The notes under the pieces: model-generated
Databases searched by the model: none
Seen by the model: the letters and a program-made list of their open reading frames with translations, nothing else
What the model was told of the DNA's origin: nothing
In this document: positions 22,432 through 30,074 of the stretch, in pieces
Numbering within the stretch: the first letter of the stretch is position 1
How the letters are laid out: each line of letters opens with the position of its first letter
Assembly (NCBI GenBank): GCA_963699545.1
Contig: CAVOUE010000003.1
Coordinates: 544,001 to 608,000, forward strand
Source of the DNA: Nitrospirota bacterium
Lineage (GTDB): Bacteria > Nitrospirota > Thermodesulfovibrionia > Thermodesulfovibrionales > UBA9159
Reading direction: 5' to 3'
Length of the DNA stretch: 64,000 nucleotides
Translations under genes and position numbers: made by a program

Positions 22432-23543
22432 CGTCTTACAGGAGGAACAAAAGCTTTCCTTCGTGTTCCCTTCCACGTCTTCCTCATTATGTTCTTAATA
22501 TCGCCGGGGCGAATAATACCCTTCTCAGTAATTATACCAGTAATGTACCGGTGAGGTGTTATATCGAACGCCATGTTCTTCACACTGATGCCTTCAGGAG
22601 CGATCCGAACAGAGCCCCATGAACACACGTTGTCCTGCGTCTGCACCCTGCCGTAGATGCAGGTAACCTCTGAGGGATCCCGTTCCTCAATGGGGATCTG
22701 ATCCCCCGTGGAGATCGAAAGGTCGATACTGCTCAGCGGCGCCGCTACGTAAAAGGGTATGCCGTGTTCCTTGGCAAGCACTGCCACGGCGTAGGTGCCT
22801 ATCTTGTTCGCCACATCCCCGTTTCTCACTGTCCTGTCGGTTCCCACAATCACAAGGTCTATCTCACCCCTCCTCATCAATGCGCCCGCCGAGTTGTCGG
22901 CGATGAGGGTGACCGGGATCCCTTCCTGGACCAGTTCCCATGCGGTGAGCCTTGCACCCTGCAGCACCGGTCTTGTCTCGTCAGCGAAGACCCGGATCTG
23001 TTTCCCCTGATCCCTGGCAAAAAGCATGGGCGCTGTGGCGGTACCATATCCCCCGGTGGCGAGGGCACCGGCATTGCAGTGGGTGAGGATAGTGTCACCA
23101 TCCCGTATGAGTTTTGCGCCGAATCTTCCGATGGCCTTGTTCACCTCGATATCCTCATCCAATATCTTTCCGGCCTCAGCAACAAGCATCTTCTTCAGCG
23201 TTGCAACTGACTTCTCCCTGTGGGCGAGGAGGTGTTTCTTGAGGCGGTCTACCGCCCATTTGATGTTCACCGCCGTGGGGCGGGTGGAAAGCATTGCATC
23301 GCATATTGGTTCCAGCCTTTCCATGAATTCATCGAAGCCCGCGGCTTTTATATCTTTTGCCCCCAGCGCGATCCCCATGGCGGCAGCGATGCCGATAGCA
23401 GGCGCCCCCCGGATCCAGAGCTTTCTGATCCCCTCCGCCACCAGCCGGTAATCGGTGCATTCGATGAACCTCACCTCGGCGGGAAGCCTGCTCTGGTCGA
23501 GCATGACGACCTTATTGTTCTTCCACGCTATGGCGCGTACCAT
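22428..23543 (-). CDS. mtnA: S-methyl-5-thioribose-1-phosphate isomerase
   Basis: RGAPAIG, THCNAGALAT, ETRPVLQGARLT, ANKIGTY. Confidence 0.93.
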   Translation of the reverse strand: MVRAIAWKNNKVVMLDQSRLPAEVRFIECTDYRLVAEGIRKLWIRGAPAIGIAAAMGIALGAKDIKAAGFDEFMERLEPICDAMLSTRPTAVNIKWAVDRLKKHLLAHREKSVATLKKMLVAEAGKILDEDIEVNKAIGRFGAKLIRDGDTILTHCNAGALATGGYGTATAPMLFARDQGKQIRVFADETRPVLQGARLTAWELVQEGIPVTLIADNSAGALMRRGEIDLVIVGTDRTVRNGDVANKIGTYAVAVLAKEHGIPFYVAAPLSSIDLSISTGDQIPIEERDPSEVTCIYGRVQTQDNVCSWGSVRIAPEGISVKNMAFDITPHRYITGIITEKGIIRPGDIKNIMRKTWKGTRRKAFVPPVRR

Positions 23544-24785
23544 TTACCCTTTTCCTCCTAGGGGGATGAGTAAGGTGATAACCAGAAAGGCGGTGAGGCC
23601 TATGATCACTATCACCGTTCCCCATGCTATATAATTATAGCTTTTTGGATTCGTATATGCTCCCATGAGGCTCTTGTTGTTTATCAGCGAGAGGGCATAG
23701 ATGAGGACGAAGGGCAACAAGAGCCCGTTAACGACAGAGGAAAGCACCATCAGGAAGACGAGAGGGGCTCCAGGGATCAGGATCAGGAGCGCTGCCACTA
23801 CAATGGTGAGGGTGTATATCCACATGAACTGCGGAGCTTCCTTGAATGTTTTGTTTATCCCTGCCTCCCATCCCATAGCCTCACAGACAAAATAGGCTGT
23901 AGAGATGGGAACTATAATGGCACCGAGCAAGGAAGCATTGGCGAGACAGAAAGCGAATATGAGAGATGCGTAGTCCCCTGCAAGGGGTTTCAGGGCCATT
24001 GCCGCCTCTGTTGCTTCATTTATCCTGATCCCCCGGGGAAACAGGAGCGTGCCGCAGGTTACGATAATGAAAAAACTGATTACGTCGGTTAAAAGACAAC
24101 CGCTCACAACATCAATCCGCGATGTCTTGTAGTTCTCTTTCGTGACCCCCTTTTCCACAATGGAGGACTGGAGATAGAACTGCATCCACGGGGTGATGGT
24201 CGTTCCTATGATGGCTATGCTGAGCATCACATACTCCGCATCCCACTGCACGTGCGGTACAAACGTGCTCTTCGCTATGACCGCCCAGTCCGGCTTTGCC
24301 ATAACGCCGGATACGATGTAGCCCAGATAGACGAAGCAAGCGATGAGAAGTATCCCCTCCACAAAGCGATAACTTCCTTTGGTCACCAGCATCCAGATGG
24401 ATATGGCTCCCAGCGGGACCATAATATACTTGCTTATCCCGAGGATCTCTGTGCTGGCTGCCCATCCTGCAAAGTTGGCGACCGTGGTCCCAAAGTTTGC
24501 AACGAGAAGGCCCAACATCATGAAGAAGGTCGTCTTCACCCCATAGTTCTCCCGTATGAGGTAAGAGAGTCCTTTCCCCGTTATTACCCCCAGCCGGGCG
24601 ACCATCTCTTGGATGACCACAAGGGCGATGGTCGTGGGGATAAGGGTCCAGAGGAGTCCGTACCCAAAACGCGCACCTGCAACAGAGTACGTAGTGATGC
24701 CGCTGGCATCATTATCGATGTTCGCAGTGATGATGCCGGGACCGACAATCGATCCGATGACCATCATTTTTTTCCAGAATTTCAT
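23544..24785 (-). CDS. Nramp-family divalent metal transporter
   Basis: GPGIITANIDNDASG, GTTITPWMQFY; about 11 hydrophobic segments. Confidence 0.88.
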   Translation of the reverse strand: MKFWKKMMVIGSIVGPGIITANIDNDASGITTYSVAGARFGYGLLWTLIPTTIALVVIQEMVARLGVITGKGLSYLIRENYGVKTTFFMMLGLLVANFGTTVANFAGWAASTEILGISKYIMVPLGAISIWMLVTKGSYRFVEGILLIACFVYLGYIVSGVMAKPDWAVIAKSTFVPHVQWDAEYVMLSIAIIGTTITPWMQFYLQSSIVEKGVTKENYKTSRIDVVSGCLLTDVISFFIIVTCGTLLFPRGIRINEATEAAMALKPLAGDYASLIFAFCLANASLLGAIIVPISTAYFVCEAMGWEAGINKTFKEAPQFMWIYTLTIVVAALLILIPGAPLVFLMVLSSVVNGLLLPFVLIYALSLINNKSLMGAYTNPKSYNYIAWGTVIVIIGLTAFLVITLLIPLGGKG

Positions 24786-24918
24786 TGCCGTCTCCCATGC
24801 CCTTTCGCGTAAGGAAAATATTATATCTGATGGTGCGTATATTTTTCCTGGCGCTTATTTTTTCTTGTGAGGTAACTGCTGTTTGTGGTAACATATTAAA
24901 CTTTATGGAGGTGTAGCG

Positions 24919-25698
24919 ATGTATAAAATGTTACTGTCACTGGTTGTTACTGTACTGCTGTTGCCGGTATCGTACTCGTACGGCTTCAGCACGCAGGGCG
25001 AAGACTGCTCAAAATGTCATACCCTTACGAAAGATGATGCAGCTACCCTGCTGAAAGACCTGATTCCGAACGTGAAGGTTCTGGAAGTCAGGGTGGTCCC
25101 TGTAAAGGGCCTGTGGGAAGTGGATATAGAGTCGGGCGGCAAGAAAGGGCCTCTCTATGTTGATTTCTCCAAGAAGTACATTGTATCGGGCTCCATTGTC
25201 ACTATCAAGGAGAAAAAGAACCTCACCCAGGAAAGGGCTGAAGAGCTTAACAAGGTAGTCCTGTCGCAGGATGATGTGTCAAAGATCCCGCTCGATGACG
25301 CCCTCGTGATGGGTGACAAGAGCGCCAAGCATAAAGTGATCGTTTTTGACGATCCTGACTGACCCTACTGCGGAAAACTTCATCAGGAGATGAAGAAGGT
25401 CATAGCAGAGAGGAAAGACGTTGTCTTTTATGTAAAGATGTTCCCCCTGCCGATGCACAAGGGAGCATATGATAAGGCAAAGGCCATTGTGTGTGAAAAG
25501 TCCATCACCCTTCTTGAGGATGCTTTTGCCAAGAAGGAAATCCCGAAGCCGAAATGCGATACCAAAGTGATCGACGAGAATATTGCCCTGGCCCAGAAAC
25601 TGGGTATTTCGGGCACCCCCGCGCTGATCTTTCCCGACGGCAAGGTGGTTCCGGGGGCGGTCGATGCCAAGGCCCTCATGGAAATGATCGGGAAATGA
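24919..25698 (+). CDS. dsbC: DsbC/DsbG-family thiol:disulfide oxidoreductase, probable selenoprotein (UPYC)
   Basis: ORFs 24919-25362 and 25390-25698 are in frame across a TGA that replaces the first Cys of DPD-C-PYC; SGTP cis-Pro motif; downstream hairpin. Confidence 0.85.
25378..25395 (+). promoter_or_regulatory. Putative bacterial SECIS element
   Basis: CTTCATC-AGGA-GATGAAG perfect 7-bp stem starting 15 nt after the in-frame UGA, with G in the apical loop. Confidence 0.7.
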
Positions 25699-25730
25699 CA
25701 GCGTATACCCTGTGAGATAGAGTATTCAAG

Positions 25731-25759
25731 ACGAGGGGTCTGAAGTCCTGACCCCTCGT
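25731..25759 (+). terminator. Hairpin between dsbC and tRNA-Leu
   Basis: ACGAGGGGTC...GACCCCTCGT inverted repeat with a weak T tail. Confidence 0.45.
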
Positions 25760-25767
25760 GTCTGTTT

Positions 25768-25854
25768 GCCGAAGTGGCGGAACTGGCAGACGCGCTAGGT
25801 TCAGGGTCTAGTGGTCGCAAGGCCGTGCGGGTTCGAGTCCCGCCTTCGGCACCA
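25768..25854 (+). tRNA. tRNA-Leu(CAG)
   Basis: GCCGAAG/CTTCGGC acceptor stem, CTAGG-TTCAGGG-TCTAG anticodon arm, long variable arm, GTTCGAGTC T-loop, encoded CCA. Confidence 0.97.
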
Positions 25855-25882
25855 ATTCTTCTCTTAAACATCAATACGTTCA

Positions 25883-25956
25883 TGTGTCGCGGAACCATAA
25901 CTTGTCGCAAACGACAGATTATGGTTCATTTACACGGTGCGACAAAATATGGTTCC
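25883..25956. repeat. tRNA-proximal transposon end with 3 TnsB-type sites
   Basis: 8-bp terminus TGTGTCGC; GGAACCATAACTTGTCG (25891-25907); inverted copies at 25912-25927 and 25940-25956. Confidence 0.85.
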
Positions 25957-26226
25957 AAGGTGTTACGCCCTAAATGGGGATATCTTTAATAACGGCAGCC
26001 GATTACACGTAGTAACCCTTTTTCTTGGGCTCCATGGGATAAAACTGAGAGGTAATCACTGACGAATAATATATTTGTAAGGTTTCACTAGGGTGGAACT
26101 GCTTGAGTTCTGGCATAACGTCAAGGAAGCAGAGCCCGACGTTATCGTTATAAAAGAGATTTTGGGCGGCTAGGTCGCTAACGAACTACTGTATGCGGTG
26201 GCATGACATCACCGCTGAGACCGTTC

Positions 26227-26616
26227 CTATTCATCTCTACCGTTCGTCTCTTCTTTGTACTTTCTCCGCAATTGAGACAGGGCGAGAGCATCGACCGTCA
26301 TGCCGGCATATGCCACAGCTATCCCAAAGAGTATTACGAGATCCAGAATATAGAACTTTGCGGCTCCATCTGAAAAACCATGCAAGATAATCCTGCATAT
26401 TATGAGAGCAGCGACGATAATAAATACGACTATCGACCAGTACACCACACGTCGTACTGGAATTTTAAAGGTAGCGCCCGTTGTCGCATTTTCAGCTGCC
26501 TCAAGGGTCTTCTGAGCGTTGTATATGGCACCCATGACCAGGACCAACACGATAAAGGGTGGAGCGTTTCCGTCTATCAGACCGCTGAGTTTGTGCGCCT
26601 CGATCACTTCTTGCAA
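26227..26616 (-). CDS. Hypothetical membrane protein (about 3 TM)
   Basis: 129-aa ORF with three hydrophobic stretches, overlapping the upstream gene. Confidence 0.6.
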   Translation of the reverse strand: MQEVIEAHKLSGLIDGNAPPFIVLVLVMGAIYNAQKTLEAAENATTGATFKIPVRRVVYWSIVVFIIVAALIICRIILHGFSDGAAKFYILDLVILFGIAVAYAGMTVDALALSQLRRKYKEETNGRDE

Positions 26617-27404
26617 CCTGTGCTCCTCAGCTTCTGTATCTCTGCCACACTGTAGTCGTTAAAATCCTTCAGACCATTAATGTCGATACATTGTTTGACC
26701 TGCTCAAGTTCCTGCTGCGACAAAAGCAGGTAGTCTTTGTCACGGACACATTTCGCGAATGGCATGGCAGACTTCTTCATCCGTCGGGTCCGGCGAATGT
26801 AATTCTTCACCTCGTATCTGTTCTCCCGGAAATGCACAGACTGTCTGTGGGGCTCGTTGGGCGCATGCGGATATTCAAAGTATAGCTCCCCAGTGTAGAG
26901 GTTTGCTCTGAAATGTCTGTTATGCCGAGTGGGCATCACATACAGGTCGACCAGCCCGTGCGCTGCAGCCGTAAGGGCAAAAGACTCCTGATTGTCGTCC
27001 ACCAAAAAGACCGGGCCCGCGAGCATCGTCACTGGTACGTTCGCTTCCTTCAAGATGCGCAAACGGTCATAGAAATCCTGGCCGTACACCCTCGGTGCTG
27101 CCTCTCCGGCCACAATGACAATCTTTTCTTTATAAAGAAGGTTGTCCAGCCATTTGCCGGACAGGAACTTGTATCCCGTTGTGCCCCTCGGAAAGTTCAG
27201 GAAGCGAAGCACCATTTCCTTGCGGGGCGTGTCATAGGCGATAACAGTGTATTTGAACGAGCTCCCGAAAAACAGGTCTCGGAACCAGAGAACAAAGACC
27301 GCCGGTGGCAGTATAATAACGGCAAAGAGCAGGAGAAAAAGGTTAATGCCCGAGAGGTTGCGGAAAAAATCTACAACTTGTTGCGCTATCCCTTGCAGTT
27401 CCAC
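26604..27404 (-). CDS. Hypothetical protein, N-terminal TM plus soluble alpha/beta domain
   Basis: 266-aa ORF with G-rich RBS and own promoter. Confidence 0.65.
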   Translation of the reverse strand: MELQGIAQQVVDFFRNLSGINLFLLLFAVIILPPAVFVLWFRDLFFGSSFKYTVIAYDTPRKEMVLRFLNFPRGTTGYKFLSGKWLDNLLYKEKIVIVAGEAAPRVYGQDFYDRLRILKEANVPVTMLAGPVFLVDDNQESFALTAAAHGLVDLYVMPTRHNRHFRANLYTGELYFEYPHAPNEPHRQSVHFRENRYEVKNYIRRTRRMKKSAMPFAKCVRDKDYLLLSQQELEQVKQCIDINGLKDFNDYSVAEIQKLRSTGCKK

Positions 27405-27438
27405 GAATCCACCCCCCCCTCCGTCGTACTATCTACTG

Positions 27439-27467
27439 AATTTACCAGACTATTTTGAAATTGTCAA
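27439..27467 (-). promoter_or_regulatory. Sigma70-type promoter for the 27404 operon
   Basis: TTGACA-N17-TAAATT on the minus strand. Confidence 0.55.
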
Positions 27468-27579
27468 GGGCTTGTACTGGGCGTGTCAAGGCAAAGCCTA
27501 GGTCCGAGGCCATCGTAAAAGCAATTTCCAATCAGTGATGGATGTTCGAACTGAGCGGAATATCCATCTCAGGGAGTAG

Positions 27580-28983
27580 TCAATTGAGCCTTAATCGGCA
27601 GCCGCTACCCGTGAGATTAGTAATCACTTCCTCGCAGATTCTCTTGCACGCTGCCCTTTCGTCCGGCTTCTGGCTGACTGTATCTCTGCCCCCGATATCT
27701 AAAGCAACTAATTTTTGCGTTGGCCGTATCCCTTGATGTATTAGCCTGACTGCGCTTTCTTTGTACAGGGCGCACTTATCCTCAAACTTCCGGTTTTTCA
27801 AGGAGTGCCGGTGTGCTTGAAACCGCTCATTCATTTTCCTGGCAAGAGCTCCGAATGTACGAAAAAGAGTGCGGCGGCTGACACCAATCTTCATGGCTGC
27901 TACAGCCACACTGACCGGAGGGTTCACACTCACAAGCGTTTCGAGTTGCCGCTTCACTGCCTTTCTATCGAATCTCCGCGTCTCTCTTTCACGAAAGGAC
28001 CTTCGGCTGCTCGTATGCGCGTTGACAATCTCTGTTCCTTCAAAATCAACATGAGCCCCCAGCATCACATCAGCTATGGAACACCCGCACGAATACGCGA
28101 TCTCAACTGTCTGTGGAAAGGTTGGTAAGAACCCGCCGTTCATCCATCCATGTAACGTGGTTTTCTTGATGCCCAACAGCCGTCCAAAGATAGCCGCTTT
28201 TCCTCCGGCAAAATGCCGTACAGCATCTCTAAGGAACGCAGGGATCCCGCAACCAGCAACGCCATGAGCATCAGCCTTCAGCATCTTCATATCGCCTAAC
28301 AGGTCCGCTACGAGTTGCGCCCGGTCCACTTCATCCTGCGAGGCGCTTTTTATCAATGCTTCATAATTTCGTGTCAGGAAGCGCCCGCAGGAGTCACAAT
28401 ATCCCGATAGGTGTTTAATCTGTCGTGTCAACAGAGGCGATAACCCACTGCATTCGCATCGGTTGATCAACTTGATCCTGTGTTTTGGACAGGCATCGAC
28501 AGCCGCGATTGCCCAAAGAAGCTGCCCGTAGACCCTGCCCTCTTTAGCCGCTTCCTCAAAACACAGCGGGCACCATTTCTTTGCCTGGCTGGTAAGCCGC
28601 TGCTTGTTCGTATACGGCCTCAAAGGAACCAGTGTCAGATCAACAAGGTTTGCCTGCCCTGTCAGCTCGCTCAGGACCTTCGCCCATCTCTCCGGTGGGG
28701 CGCCGATCCCATTGAACAACGGCATGTTCCATACGGTGAAGGCGCCATCGCTTCGGCGCTCACCTTCGCCGACCATTCGCGGGATTATCAGTTCTCTCGC
28801 CAGGGTCTTAGGCGACAGATGGTGAAGATGGGCAAGGGCAAGATAATAACTGCTGAGGCTTTCCCTGTATGGGGTTCCCATCCCCATCGGCTTTAGTGAC
28901 GCCAGAACTGATCTCGAGGGGACCCGTGCATACGGGTCCCCTCCTACCAACGGATAATCCTCGAGCTCGTCGATTGCCGTCAC
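27580..28983 (-). CDS. tniQ: TniQ/TnsD target-selector protein
   Basis: ESLSSY, WCPLC...W...CPKH..L...C.C...C..CG Zn motifs; C-terminal HTH-like segments. Confidence 0.9.
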   Translation of the reverse strand: MTAIDELEDYPLVGGDPYARVPSRSVLASLKPMGMGTPYRESLSSYYLALAHLHHLSPKTLARELIIPRMVGEGERRSDGAFTVWNMPLFNGIGAPPERWAKVLSELTGQANLVDLTLVPLRPYTNKQRLTSQAKKWCPLCFEEAAKEGRVYGQLLWAIAAVDACPKHRIKLINRCECSGLSPLLTRQIKHLSGYCDSCGRFLTRNYEALIKSASQDEVDRAQLVADLLGDMKMLKADAHGVAGCGIPAFLRDAVRHFAGGKAAIFGRLLGIKKTTLHGWMNGGFLPTFPQTVEIAYSCGCSIADVMLGAHVDFEGTEIVNAHTSSRRSFRERETRRFDRKAVKRQLETLVSVNPPVSVAVAAMKIGVSRRTLFRTFGALARKMNERFQAHRHSLKNRKFEDKCALYKESAVRLIHQGIRPTQKLVALDIGGRDTVSQKPDERAACKRICEEVITNLTGSGCRLRLN

Positions 28984-30074
28984 GCCGCCTTCTTCTCGGT
29001 AGCGGTTTTGGCGATCAGTATCCTCGAGCCGAAGATGGTCTTCTCAATTTCTACCTCTCCCTTCAATGTCTCTTCGAGGATGGATGTGACCTGCCCTTCG
29101 GTAAGTAGCGCCTTTGCGAGACAGGCATCCGACCATTTCCCATTGTTCTGTAAAAGAGCGAACGCAAGTGCCCTTTGCATAGTTTCCTTCATTGTGCCCA
29201 CACAGCCAATGCAGGACTGTATCAGCTCACCGGACCACGGCGTCAGGTCTGGAACTCCTTTGATCGGATAGAATGCCTGCAGTTTGGCGATGCTTTTCGT
29301 AAACGCCTTCTCGTCCTCCGGAATTCCCGGGCGGTACCTCTGAAAGTGCACAATGGCGGTCCGCCGCGCAACCTGACCGCTCAGGCCCATCAACTGATAA
29401 AGGTCGTAGGAGCCGATCAATGCCAGGGTGAGGTTAACCCCTTCGAGCACGGTCAACGCCTTCAATGCGTCCATGTGAGCGGCCAGCGCATCCCCTCTCG
29501 CATTCCGTATGAGATGGACTGCCTCATCGATGATGACCAGGAGAGTGTTTCGGTAACGCAGGGCATCTTCAACGGCCATCCGGAGTCCGGCCACGGTACT
29601 CCCACCAGTGACTTGCTTTACGGACAGGCGGCCGTCAGAAAGCCGGAATTCCTGCTTCTTGTCAATCAACGGATCGATGAGAGCCTTCCCGAGTTTGATG
29701 TAAAAAATACGCCAGGCAAATTTCTTCTCTCCGGAAGACGGCGCAGAGATCATAACTGCAGGAATAAAACTCAGGTCCTCCAACATTTCAGCATGATGCG
29801 CTTTGATGATCCGCTCCAGAAGCGATGTTCCAAGCGTTGTCTTGCCTGCCCCAGTCGGGCCGATCACCAGGGCAATATCCGTCCCAGATCCCGGCAGGAC
29901 CATGGTTCCCAGGTCGTCAAGGATCGACGCCACCCTTGGGTGTTTCACCCGCACCCGCCAGAAATAGGCAAGCTTTTCATCATTAGAAGAGAGTAGCATT
30001 GCCTCCTCAGGGGTCATGTCTTTCGGATTAATCGCTGGGTTGATCTTAGAATAGTTCGTATTCTTCCTCCTCAA
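28980..30074 (-). CDS. tnsC: TnsC/TniB AAA+ ATPase
   Basis: Walker A GPTGAGKT, Walker B VIIDEA, GQVARR; lies between transposase and tniQ. Confidence 0.9.
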   Translation of the reverse strand: MRRKNTNYSKINPAINPKDMTPEEAMLLSSNDEKLAYFWRVRVKHPRVASILDDLGTMVLPGSGTDIALVIGPTGAGKTTLGTSLLERIIKAHHAEMLEDLSFIPAVMISAPSSGEKKFAWRIFYIKLGKALIDPLIDKKQEFRLSDGRLSVKQVTGGSTVAGLRMAVEDALRYRNTLLVIIDEAVHLIRNARGDALAAHMDALKALTVLEGVNLTLALIGSYDLYQLMGLSGQVARRTAIVHFQRYRPGIPEDEKAFTKSIAKLQAFYPIKGVPDLTPWSGELIQSCIGCVGTMKETMQRALAFALLQNNGKWSDACLAKALLTEGQVTSILEETLKGEVEIEKTIFGSRILIAKTATEKKAA

